Below, piece by piece: positions 12,046 through 23,000 of a stretch of DNA of 64,000 bases. This stretch comes from Acholeplasmataceae bacterium (lineage in GTDB: Bacteria; Bacillota_I; Bacilli_A; Acholeplasmatales; Acholeplasmataceae), in NCBI GenBank assembly GCA_963676425.1, contig OY781090.1, positions 1,324,277 to 1,388,276 on the forward strand, written 5' to 3'. The notes under the pieces were generated by a model, which was not told the DNA's origin, did no database searches, and saw nothing but the letters and a program-made list of their open reading frames with translations. A program made the translations under genes and the position numbers. The first letter of the stretch is position 1, and each line of letters opens with the position of its first letter.

Positions 12046-12552
12046 CTATAATGTCGTAAACAATTCTTCTAATTCGTGAGCAATAGAATTATCAAGTGAT
12101 TGTCCTTGGTAAACCATTCTTAACCCACCAATAAGATTTTCTCTTACTTTGACATGAATTTCTATGGTTTGTTTCTTGAATCTCGGTTGTAATCTTTTTG
12201 TTAAAGCATCAATTTGTTTTTGATTTAAATCTTTAACACTATACACATTAATATGTGCAATTTTATTCTTTTCACGAATCATACGTACCCATTCTGGATA
12301 AATTTCATCATATAAATACATTAATTTGTTTTCAGCTAACATCTTAAGCAAATGGCTTAAATGTTTGTTCAATCCTAAAGCATCTATATATTGATCTTTT
12401 TTTTCTTTGGAAACCATTGGTGAATCCATCATCTTTAACCACTTCTTTTGAGTGAATACAGAATCATTAAGTTCATCAAACTGATATGCAATTTCATCAA
12501 CTGTATTGTTTTCAACAGCAATGTCCATGAGGGCTTTTGCGTAACTATTCAT
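12046..12552 (-). CDS. atpH: F1 ATP synthase delta (OSCP) subunit
   Basis: 168 aa, located between atpF and atpA. C-terminal GGLRMVYQGQSLDNS is like OSCP. Confidence 0.85.
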   Translation of the reverse strand: MNSYAKALMDIAVENNTVDEIAYQFDELNDSVFTQKKWLKMMDSPMVSKEKKDQYIDALGLNKHLSHLLKMLAENKLMYLYDEIYPEWVRMIREKNKIAHINVYSVKDLNQKQIDALTKRLQPRFKKQTIEIHVKVRENLIGGLRMVYQGQSLDNSIAHELEELFTTL

Positions 12553-13099
12553 GTTTTAAGTCATCTCTTTCTTTGATAATTTCATCAATGATATCTTGAT
12601 GTTTATCATGATCGATTTCTCTTTTAACAATTTTTTCTGCAGCAGTAAAAGCAATCTCTTTAATAGACTGTCTTATATCTTCATTCGCTTGTGCGATTTC
12701 GTATTCAATATCTTTTTCTGCTTGTTTGATTCTCATCTTAGCTTCATTTTTAGCATCTTCGACAATGCGTTCTTGTTCTTTATATGCTTCTTGTGTAAGC
12801 TTAGATTTTAAATCCTCAGTTTCAGCTTTCATTCTTTCGTAATCTGAAATGGCTTGTTGCTGAACTTCTTGAGCATGTTTTCTTTCTTCAGCAGCTTTAT
12901 CAAATTCTTCTGAAAGGGCATTTTGTCTTTTTTCCAAAAAATTAGTAATTGGTTCCCAAAAATATATACGTACAACTGTTAACATGATTAAAAACACGAT
13001 AACATTAAGTACCACTACACCTGGGTTTTGGATAATAGAGTTTAATCCTTCTAGAATTGACTGAGCAGCTTCGTTGAATATTTCTTGTAAGTCATTCAC
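12545..13099 (-). CDS. atpF: Fo ATP synthase subunit b
   Basis: One N-terminal TM helix followed by a long charged coiled coil. Operon position matches. Confidence 0.85.
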   Translation of the reverse strand: MNDLQEIFNEAAQSILEGLNSIIQNPGVVVLNVIVFLIMLTVVRIYFWEPITNFLEKRQNALSEEFDKAAEERKHAQEVQQQAISDYERMKAETEDLKSKLTQEAYKEQERIVEDAKNEAKMRIKQAEKDIEYEIAQANEDIRQSIKEIAFTAAEKIVKREIDHDKHQDIIDEIIKERDDLKHE

Positions 13100-13116
13100 T
13101 TAGATCAAATCCTTTA

Positions 13117-13467
13117 TTAGAATAGTACTTTAAATGCAGCTTCTGCTGCTGCGGCTGCATCTGCTGCGATACCAGCTTGTGCTGCAGAGATTAAGATAAA
13201 TGCAATAATAAAGCCATAAATACCTGTAGATTCAGCAATACCTTGACCGATGATCATTGTCATTTGAATCTTACCTTGTGCTTCTGGTTGACGACCTACT
13301 GCTTCTGCAGCTTTACCAGCAGCTATACCTTGACCAATACCAGTACCTAACCCTGTTAATACGGCAATACCAGCACCTAAATATGCAAGACCACTACTAA
13401 TGTTTCCTGATACTTCTAAAATATTTGGTAATAATTGTGTGAATTGTGTAAATACATCTAATAGCAT
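13117..13467 (-). CDS. atpE: Fo ATP synthase subunit c, long form with N- and C-terminal extensions
   Basis: [29 protein letters not shown]...[13 protein letters not shown] hairpin. 116 aa with an Ala-rich tail [22 protein letters not shown]. Confidence 0.95.
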   Translation of the reverse strand: MLLDVFTQFTQLLPNILEVSGNISSGLAYLGAGIAVLTGLGTGIGQGIAAGKAAEAVGRQPEAQGKIQMTMIIGQGIAESTGIYGFIIAFILISAAQAGIAADAAAAAEAAFKVLF

Positions 13468-13482
13468 GTGTTTTCTCCTTTT

Positions 13483-14202
13483 TTATTCAAAATCTAAATC
13501 ATTTTCATCTACTTTAGTTGATGATAAAATGAGTGTTAATAATACAAATACAACGGTTTGAATTAAACCGAATCCAATATCAAAAATAATATGAAATATT
13601 GGTGTTAATATAATCGATAACCACGATAGGTTAATAGATCCAATCTGTATTGCTCCAGGTAGAGCATAAACCAAGTAAAGAATTAATGCACCACTGGCAA
13701 CATTACCGAATAAACGTAATGCAAGTGATACTAAAGGTGTAATTTCACCAATAATATTTAAAGGTGCAATAAATGGTGTTGGTTCTATGAAACTGTTCAT
13801 GTGTTTTTTCCCTTTAGAAATAAAACCCATCATTTGAATTACAAATACGGCTACAATTGATAAACTAAAAGTTATTGCACTGTATTTGGTTGGTGTATAT
13901 GGTATCCCTGTGATACCTGATATATTTGAAATAAATATATATAAACCTAAAGATAATATTACTGGAGTAATGATGCGCCAATGCTTACCAATAACATCTT
14001 TAACAAAATCATTCAAAAATGATATACCGCTAATAACTAATGACATTAGTTTCCCCGGTCGAGCTTTAGGATCAAGTTTTTTAACTTTATTCCCTACAAT
14101 TACTGAAAACAACATAATTAATGACATAATAACAACTGATGTAATAAAGTATGGTGCAGTAATTGCTTTTAACAATCCATCAAGAATTGTTTGCATTGAC
14201 AT
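13483..14202 (-). CDS. atpB: Fo ATP synthase subunit a
   Basis: Multi-pass membrane protein with LALRLFGNVASG (conserved Arg motif). The second ATG at 14196 has better SD spacing. Confidence 0.93.
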   Translation of the reverse strand: MSMQTILDGLLKAITAPYFITSVVIMSLIMLFSVIVGNKVKKLDPKARPGKLMSLVISGISFLNDFVKDVIGKHWRIITPVILSLGLYIFISNISGITGIPYTPTKYSAITFSLSIVAVFVIQMMGFISKGKKHMNSFIEPTPFIAPLNIIGEITPLVSLALRLFGNVASGALILYLVYALPGAIQIGSINLSWLSIILTPIFHIIFDIGFGLIQTVVFVLLTLILSSTKVDENDLDFE

Positions 14203-14584
14203 CTCCCTCCTTTTCTTCTAGTCTTAACTTTACAAAATAAGGAATAGGTAAATGGAATATAAATACGCCGACTTTGGTATTAATAGCACCTACAAAAAAG
14301 AATATGTAGCTATACATTAATAACATAGTTTGATCACCTAATAAGAAATACATGAATGCTAAAACAATGAGATATATCACTGTACGTAAAATAATAAGTA
14401 GATATAACGTTTCTTTACTTGCTTTATTTTTTGTAAATCTTACCATTAAACTATAATTAAACAACGCAGTAACCGATCCTAGGACAGTCCATATGTAGTA
14501 TGATCTAAAAAATAAATATGATGCTAAACCAACTACAATTGAGTATAAGATTGCCATATAATTAATCACGACGATGTTTTTCAT
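14180..14584 (-). CDS. atpI: ATP synthase protein I (AtpI)-like membrane protein
   Basis: 134 aa with four hydrophobic helices, immediately upstream of atpB and overlapping it. Confidence 0.6.
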   Translation of the reverse strand: MKNIVVINYMAILYSIVVGLASYLFFRSYYIWTVLGSVTALFNYSLMVRFTKNKASKETLYLLIILRTVIYLIVLAFMYFLLGDQTMLLMYSYIFFFVGAINTKVGVFIFHLPIPYFVKLRLEEKEGDVNANNS

Positions 14585-14852
14585 AGGCTTCCTCTCTTTT
14601 AATAAAATTAATAAAAGCTATGATACTGACAACAAATCCAACAACAAGACCAATTGCAGTCAATATTAAATCCATGTCTGTACCTGGGTAAAATCTAGTT
14701 CCAACATAATCGCCGATGAGTGATAATCCGACAACCGTAAAGATCATTTGAACAATCATCGTATAACCAAAGACGCCTCTTCTTAATGTTGAATATTTTT
14801 TACTTCTTTTTTGTGGTTTTTGATTATTTGGTTCCAAATAAACGATCCCCAC
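14562..14852 (-). CDS. AtpZ/ATPase-gene-1-like small membrane protein; start uncertain
   Basis: Basic N-terminus followed by two TM helices ([15 protein letters not shown] ... [18 protein letters not shown]). The GTG start at 14852 with an AGGAG SD lies inside the upp 3' end. An alternative ATG is at 14759. Confidence 0.5.
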   Translation of the reverse strand: MGIVYLEPNNQKPQKRSKKYSTLRRGVFGYTMIVQMIFTVVGLSLIGDYVGTRFYPGTDMDLILTAIGLVVGFVVSIIAFINFIKREEAYEKHRRD

Positions 14853-15450
14853 AATCTCCTAAACCTGGGACAATATAACCAACTTCATTTAGATGTGAAT
14901 CTAATGCAGCTAGATAAATTGCAACATCAGGATGATCTTTTTGTAATCTTTCGACACCTTCAGGACAACCTACTAATCCAACAAATCGAATATCTTTAGC
15001 ACCTGCTTCTTTAACGATATCAATTGCTTTTACTGCAGAACCTGCAGTCGCAAGCATTGGATCAACGACTAAGACAACACTGTTGTCTAATCCTTCAGGG
15101 AATTTTTTATAATATACTTGTGGTTCCAAAGTTGTTTCATCTCTAAATAGTCCCACATGTCCAACTTTAGCAGTTGGAATTAAATTATGAATACCTTCTA
15201 CCATACCTAAACCAGCACGTAAGATTGGTACAATCACAACTTGTTTTTTAAGTTCATGAACTGTTGTTTCACAAATAGGTGTTTGAATCACTTTAGCAAC
15301 TGTTTCTAAATCTCTAGTGATTTCATAAGTAATTAAACTACCTACTTCAGAGACAGATTCTCTAAATTCCTTAGTACCTGTGTGAATATCTCTGATTTTA
15401 GCCATTTTATGGTCGATTAAAGGATGTTTTAAAACCATAACTTTACTCAT
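14824..15450 (-). CDS. upp: Uracil phosphoribosyltransferase
   Basis: [22 protein letters not shown]-terminus, PRPP loop [15 protein letters not shown]-terminal [17 protein letters not shown]. The internal ATG at 15450 gives the canonical 208 aa. Confidence 0.95.
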   Translation of the reverse strand: MSKVMVLKHPLIDHKMAKIRDIHTGTKEFRESVSEVGSLITYEITRDLETVAKVIQTPICETTVHELKKQVVIVPILRAGLGMVEGIHNLIPTAKVGHVGLFRDETTLEPQVYYKKFPEGLDNSVVLVVDPMLATAGSAVKAIDIVKEAGAKDIRFVGLVGCPEGVERLQKDHPDVAIYLAALDSHLNEVGYIVPGLGDCGDRLFGTK

Positions 15451-15889
15451 TTTCAGATTCCTCGATTTCCTCAATTTTATTGATTCTCTTTTGGTGTCTT
15501 TCTTCGAAAGATGCTGCCATGAATGTATCAACTAATTTAAATGCTTTATCTTTAGGTGTCGTTCTACCACCTAAAGCAATAACATTTGCTTTATTATGCT
15601 CTTTGGCAAGTCTTGCAGTGTTTTCATCATAGATTAAAGCAGCTCTAACACCTTTTACTTTGTTAGCTGCTATGCTTATACCAATACCTGTACCACAAAT
15701 TGCTACACCAAAATCATATGGGTTATTAACCATTTCTTCTCCTAATTTTCTACCGTAATCAGGATAATCAACTGAATCTAGGCTATAAGTACCTAAATCA
15801 TTAACCTCAACTTTTTGATTCTCTAAATGTTTTTTTACTTGTTCTTTTAATTCAAATCCAGCGTGATCGCTAGCGATTGCTACTTTCAT
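15443..15889 (-). CDS. rpiB: Ribose-5-phosphate isomerase B
   Basis: [31 protein letters not shown]; RpiB/LacAB family; 148 aa. Confidence 0.92.
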   Translation of the reverse strand: MKVAIASDHAGFELKEQVKKHLENQKVEVNDLGTYSLDSVDYPDYGRKLGEEMVNNPYDFGVAICGTGIGISIAANKVKGVRAALIYDENTARLAKEHNKANVIALGGRTTPKDKAFKLVDTFMAASFEERHQKRINKIEEIEESENE

Positions 15890-15945
15890 AATAACCTCCG
15901 CAATTATCTCTTTTTATTATAACATATAACATATTCATCTTGCCT

Positions 15946-15980
15946 TAAAAACAAAAAAAGGATAAATACTATTTATCCTC
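15946..15980 (-). terminator. Rho-independent terminator ending the RHS-LRR cassette
   Basis: 9-bp stem AGGATAAAT/ATTTATCCT (15959..15979) with a 3-nt loop, followed on the minus strand by TTTTTTTGTTTTT. Confidence 0.7.
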
Positions 15981-16112
15981 TTACTTTTAGTTTTACAATA
16001 TAATAAGCAGCTAATAATTATTTAATGAAAATCTATAATAAGTTATCTTGTTTCAAATTACTACTGATAGAAAAATCTCTTATAAATTATTCTAAATAAA
16101 CTTATCGAAAGA

Positions 16113-17075
16113 TTATGCATGATATATTCTTCTCCAAAAATCTATTTGATCATCTCCAAAATCTCTTGCCCCAAAAGGAAATGTTTCTAATCTAGGTTTT
16201 TTTCTTTGACCATCAACATCAACAAAGTAATGTTTTTTAATAGGATAAACAGACGATTTTTGAAGTCTCATCAACACATTTAAGTTACCATCAATTATTG
16301 TTGTACTTTCAATCTTACATGTTTTTAATTCATTCAAATTCTTTAAAAAATCTAAGTTATCTATCATTGGTCCATAACTCATCTCAAAATAAACTAGTTT
16401 GCTTAAATTGCTAATCACATGAAGATTTGTTATCTTTTTAGATAATATAATTTGTAAACTCTTAAGTGTATCCTTCATAGATACAAGACTTTGTATATCG
16501 CTTAAATACTTGTTTTCTCTTAATATGAGCCTCTGAATTTTCATACCTTCTAAAAAATTTAAATTAGTTATATCGGTATTGTGTATATAAAGTGTATCCA
16601 ATTGTGTTAAATGCTTAATTTGATCTAATATTGATAAATCCTTACCGGGAATGTAAAAGTTATAAATAAGCAGTGATTTAATTGACTTACAATCCTTTAA
16701 ATTTTTTACAATATTTTTAACATACAGACTAAAAGCTTCCAATTGTGTAAAAGCTGACATATCAATATCATATGTCATTTTATGACTTACACCTAAGAAT
16801 TTTAGTTTGTTTAATTTATGTAAAACCTCTTGATCAAAATATCCATCTATTTCCAAATATATAACATTATCAATTGATAGCATAAACCTCATGTCTTTAA
16901 TCGATTCTTTTGAATTGTCGAATAAAAATTTATCAATCTTATTTTTGTTAATATATTCTATGTCAATATGACTTAGCTCCTTATCGATATATAAAGCTTC
17001 TTTTGGTTCATGTAAATATCGAAATATAGTATTAAAAAGATACCCATCCTTTTCTAAACTACCAAAATTTATCAT
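16113..17075 (-). CDS. Leucine-rich repeat protein; candidate immunity protein for the upstream RHS toxin
   Basis: 320 aa with no signal peptide. It has repeated LxxLxLxxxxIxxLxxL units of about 22 aa (LTQLDTLYIHNTDITNLNFLEGMKIQRLILRENKYLSDIQSLV...). SD AAGGAG lies 8 nt upstream, and the start is 13 nt after the RHS stop. Confidence 0.85.
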   Translation of the reverse strand: MINFGSLEKDGYLFNTIFRYLHEPKEALYIDKELSHIDIEYINKNKIDKFLFDNSKESIKDMRFMLSIDNVIYLEIDGYFDQEVLHKLNKLKFLGVSHKMTYDIDMSAFTQLEAFSLYVKNIVKNLKDCKSIKSLLIYNFYIPGKDLSILDQIKHLTQLDTLYIHNTDITNLNFLEGMKIQRLILRENKYLSDIQSLVSMKDTLKSLQIILSKKITNLHVISNLSKLVYFEMSYGPMIDNLDFLKNLNELKTCKIESTTIIDGNLNVLMRLQKSSVYPIKKHYFVDVDGQRKKPRLETFPFGARDFGDDQIDFWRRIYHA

Positions 17076-17088
17076 TTAATTTCTCCTT

Positions 17089-20000
17089 TTAACTTCCATA
17101 AAGAGGATCCAAGTAATAATAAGACCCATGATCTTGCAAATAGAAATTTCTACCTGGTGACCAAATTTTATTTTTTAATTGAGATCCATCTGTACCAAAA
17201 CCATAATTACACATGATTATGTATTCCATTTTAAATGCCTCTCTTTCATTTTCCGCTGGCATCCATATAATTGCAACAGGAATAGTTGTATCTTCAACAG
17301 AGTGTCTTACTGCTGAAGCTATTACTCTTAGAATTCCACCTTTACCTACGTAAGATTCCCCATCAGCAAATGCAATTACATAAACTCCACTATTCTTGTT
17401 TTTTGGCTTTGTTATTGCTACTGCAATTGGAATTACTACACTATCAATCAATTCTTTTGCTTTATTGCGAATTGAAGACCCAATTTTTTCCAATGTTGAA
17501 GTAATATCATCACCTATATCTCGTATTGAGTCTGCAACACCGGATGCAAACCCACTATTTGGAGCTGCATCTGATATCTCTTGTGCTGCCTTGAGCATAA
17601 GTATTGTTGCTGCATAAACAACTATAGCAGCAATTCCTATTAATGCTAACGTAGCTAATGTTAGAGCTTCGTTACCACTTGGATCTATATTCATGATTGG
17701 ATTATTTACTGCATAAGCATATAAATTAATACTTGAAGATGCATCATCACTTATGTAATTAGCATCATCTATACTAATAAATCTTCCTATTTCAGGATCA
17801 TAATATCTAGCTTGTAGATAATAATATCCTGTTTCAGTGTCATATCGGTACCCTCGATATCTATACGGATTAATGTTTCCGATAAATATAGGTGATTGAT
17901 TTTCCACACCATTAGCAGCTACGACTCTTTGATTACCCCATGCATCATATGTATATGTTACCACTAATTGACCTGATTCATTCATCAGTCCAATCACATT
18001 ACCTAATAAGTCAAACACATAAAAATATTCACTGCCATTATAATTCATACTTAATAATTGATCATTGGCATCATATGTATAATATATTGGATTTCCATTA
18101 ATAAATTCTACAAGCACTAAATTTCCATCTAATACATATTCATATTCATATTCCTCTTCACCAATGGTAATTTTTTTAAATGTTCTAATACCTTCACTGT
18201 TGTATTTGTATTCGATGCTTTGTGTAATTGCACCATCATCATAAATATTGATACCATCAAGTCTTCTTCCACTCCAATTATAGTCTACAGAATGGATATC
18301 ATAATAATCTACTGTATCAAGTAGATTACCTAAATCATCAAAATCATAGTCTCTTTCAACAACCTGCCCTGTTTCATTATAAGCATCAATTTTAACCAAT
18401 TGTATACCATCATATGTCAATACTGTTTTATATGTATAAGGATCAAAATATTCACCTGTATTAACATCGTCTTCATCAATGATATCTTCTTGTGATTGAT
18501 GATAGTTGTATTTTGTTATTTTAATTAAGTTTCCTAAACCATCATATTTGTACGTATATGAATAATCGCTACTTCCTGTTAAATTGATATCTTCTCTAAT
18601 TAATTGATTTAAATTATCATAATGATAATCATATTGTTCAATAATTGTTGTCCCTTGTAGTTTTTTAATTTGAGTAATATTTTGATTACCATCATATTGA
18701 TATCTATATTTGAAATCTGTTGCACTTGAAAAATCATAAACGATTTCATAGATTCTTGTTGTTGCATTTCCTTGTTGAACTGAGATGTCACTATAATTAT
18801 ACATCATTGTTAATATATCATAATGATTGATTGACAGTGTTATTTCATCTAATCTTTTTAATGAGTCATTTGAATAATCATATGTTTTTTCGACATAATC
18901 ATTATTTGATATTAAATAAGATGTATAGTCATATTCTCCTGTAATGTCATTATAATGATACATGACTTCTCTTTCAACACCGCTCACATGATACTCATAT
19001 TCAGCTAAATTACCTTGCTCATCATATCGATAAAATATTTTATTATCTGATGCATCCGTAATTCTTTCTAATTTACCAGCTAAATCATATGAGTAATAAT
19101 AAGCATTATTGTTAACATGATCTAATACTGATCCCAGTCTTCCATTTGCGTCATATTCATATTCATACGATGGATTGCTTGTTTCATTGAAATATACACC
19201 AACTAGCATATCCTCATCGTTATATTTAAAATAATAGTAATCACCGTTACCATATGTTTTTCTTTCTAATAAATCAGTCACATATGATTCGGTTCCAATT
19301 TGATTTGGTTTAGTATAGTAATCATAATGTACAATAAGTTCATTATCAATATAAACATCTGTTAAATGATCAACATCATCATATGTAAATTCATAAGTCA
19401 CACCTGAAACAGTCAAGGTATTTAATCGATGCTCATCATCATAACCATATTCATATGTAACATCTGCACCAAAAGTTTTTTCTAACACTTGTCCAAGGTC
19501 ATTATAACTATAGGTCACTGAACCACCTTCATCATTAATGATTTCAGATAGTAATCCAGTATGTTCATTATACTCATAAGTTGTAACATTGCCAAATTCA
19601 TCAGTTTGTGTATGAATATATTGACTATTATATATATAGCTCGTTGATGTTTTAAACCACTTATCTTGTGTAGTTGAATCTTTGTCATAACCAATGTATT
19701 CATTTTCTACATGTTTGGTTGTTGGATTATATTCAACTGTGACTCTTACATTATTTTGTTCTATTGTTTCTACCATATTAGCATTGTTATAAGTGATATC
19801 AGTTGGTTGATCGTTAGTTTCAATACCTGTAAGGTTGCCATCACTATCATATGTATATGAAGTAATGGTGCCATCTTTGTTTTCTACTTCTGTCACATAA
19901 CCTGTAGACCCATCATAATCATATGCGGTTGCGACATTATCATGATACATTTGTATGTTATCAAAATATGCAGTCCCTTCACCTTGATATGCGCCATAAA

Positions 20001-23000
20001 CTTTTGCACTCACAACATCTACTGGCATTTCAAATGTTGTCATTTGATATTGCCAATCTTCAGTATTTGTATTAAATGGTAGATATACAAATTCATGATA
20101 TGTTACACCACCCTCTTCATCAGGTGCTATACATGTGAAGTCAATATATATACCAAAAAATCTATTATCGTCATAAATACTGTTTGTAGCATATGATTTA
20201 TGTGGCACAGCTGGGGCTTTACCCCAACCACCAATCATAAATGTTTCTCCAGCACTACTGGCTAAGCTATATACCTGTTGATAAAAATACTTCTCTGTAC
20301 TTCCATCTCCACTAATATACATTGAATATCTACCTAAGATATCGTCCATACCTGATGCATTGTTATTGGTTGTAATATAAGCATTACTTCTTGTCCATCC
20401 TGTTGTGCTATTTTCAAATCCACTATTAGACAACACATTATATCTAGATTCACTAAAACCTTCATAAAGTTGTATGTTATCAAAATAAGCTGTTGAAATG
20501 CTTTCATTACATAATTTCAATGTAACACTACGTGCTGTTGAAATGTAGAAATCAATTTTATATGATTTCCATGAATCACTATTAGATATTTGATCGTCTT
20601 CTTGATACGTCGCTGAAGTTGCATTTGATATTTCTAGAAACGCACCTTTACCATTAACTAAAGATCCATCATTTTTAATATATCCATACACTGTATAATA
20701 TCCAGGTTCTAAATAAAAATTTTGTGATGCATATGGATTTGATCCTGAGTTTGTAATAGCCATTGATCTTTGTCCAAAAACTGAATAATCCGAGCTGTAA
20801 GAGAAATGTCCTGTTGAATTTGCAGTTAACGTCCAACCTCCAGCATGCTCAAACCCATGATTACTCACTTGATTTTGTGTTTGTTTTAATACATCTGATT
20901 TCGTTAGTAATTTATGAACTAAAAAATAATTAGGATTTGCATTGATTATTTCTGAATAATTAAAATCATATTCGCTTAATCCAACATAAGTAAATAGTCC
21001 TGCATACTTAAAATATTGTGCATTACCCTTGTTATCTTGAATATTTATCGTATGTCCATAGTTATCAAATAAATATGTTGTATTGTTTCCTAAATCATCA
21101 CTATAAATAGTTTTTTGATGTGCATATTCAATATCAATATTGCTCACAGGTTGATTACTATCAGATAAATTTATTTGAGTTATTCTATCTAAGGTATCAG
21201 ATGTGTAAATGATTTTTTGTTCACTATTTTCAAGTTCAACACTAAAAAGTGAGTCATTACTATTATAGACATAATTAATTTTGTTTGAACTTGCATATCC
21301 TTGATTTGGATCCGGATCTGGATCTGGTTCATCTGGTGGTGTAATAATGATAATACCTGGTAATGCTTGGATTGAAACAATTTCTTCATCTAAACTATGA
21401 CTTAAAACTGTAGTTGCTAAATTATCATCATAATTTGAATATGAAATCAATGATGTTAATTCACTACTACTATTATATGTATATCTCTTATATTCTATTA
21501 ATTTATGTAACCCATTTTCTTGAACTAAATAAAGGTTTGATCTAATAAGTTTGTCACTATAGTAAGTAAGTGTAATCTTATTACCTACTGTATCAGTCAC
21601 TTGAGAGACTTTTAGTGTTGTCGTATCAACATATGAAACGACCAAAAAGTGACCATTCTTTGTATTGGTAATTCTTGTCAATCTTCCTAGATTACTACTT
21701 TCAAAGGTATATTTTATACCTTCTTGTGATTCTAAATTAAGATTGCCTTGCACATTGCCTTGATAAGTACTATACGTTAATGACATACCTGATCCATTTT
21801 CTGCTAACCAAGTATATTGATCGACACCAGAATAAACATTTTCAATTTGCATTAAAACAAAAAATATTTTTTCCCCATCTGGTTTTAGTAGATAATATTG
21901 ATCCAAATCATCATCATGTAATATTTGTTGATTATAACTTGTTTTCCAACCAATACCATACCCTTCATTACTTTGTGTAGATGAATATTCATGATTATAT
22001 ATCATATCTAATGATAGTGACATATATTCATTCTTTAATGCATAGTCATTTCTTACCCATGTAAGATGTCCTGTATAATCACTCACATATCCCTGCCCTG
22101 CTGGTCCTAAATCTTGAGAAGTATATGTCCAATAATCCTTTAAACCTTTAGGACTTTCATAACCAATCGTAATAACAGGATTATGACTGCCTGATGTTAC
22201 ATTTTGATAAACTGAATTAAAAGATCCATAGTTATCATCAAGTGCAATCGTAAATCCAGTTGTTCTTCTGACTCCTGTTGCTTGCCATTCTTTGACAGGC
22301 TTAGTAATATCAAACATAAATGGTGTGTTAGAATTAATCGTATAGTAATCAATCACTTTCGAACTGTAGCTAGGTGCATTGTTCCATGTAGCTGTACTAC
22401 TAGAAAAATTTTCATTATTTTTGTATATGTTTATTTGCCCACTTGTGGTTGTATGTTTATCAAATCCTAATTTGGCATATGTTATGGTTTGATCCATGAC
22501 CTCTGTTGGTAATGTAAAATACAGTAATCCCCTATACTCAGTTGTTGATGTCGTACCACTGACATACATATAACTTAAATTATAGTTTTTTGCATCAGGA
22601 TTAGCTTCTGAAATATATGTATCAAATATTGACATTGAAGTCGTTGTACTATTTAAGCTTGGATCAATTCTTACTGGATAACTAGCGTTCATTAACCAGT
22701 TTTCATCAGGTATCACTTTAAACGAATATTTGTTATTTGATATCTCTTTAATTTCATACGTGATATCAGATGAATAATTGTCAAGATTATCATACATAAC
22801 AAAAGGATCAAAACTAAATATAGCTTCTCCTTCTTCATTAACAAGCACTAATTGTCCATCAACTTCAATAAACGATAAGCCTTTGACTTTATACTCAAAT
22901 TCAAAAGACAAATCTTCTTGATATTTATTAACTATTATATCTTCTTTAATTTTAGAACCTTCTAACGTATACACTAAATCAATATCTTGCATGATATTTT

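Noticed and set aside
21304-21339. Short GATCC/GGATCT tandem repeat, considered as a possible phase-variation tract or CRISPR-like repeat
   Set aside because: The repeat unit is a multiple of 3 and encodes an in-frame PDPDPDP linker. It has only about three units and no spacers. This is a domain linker, not a switch or array.
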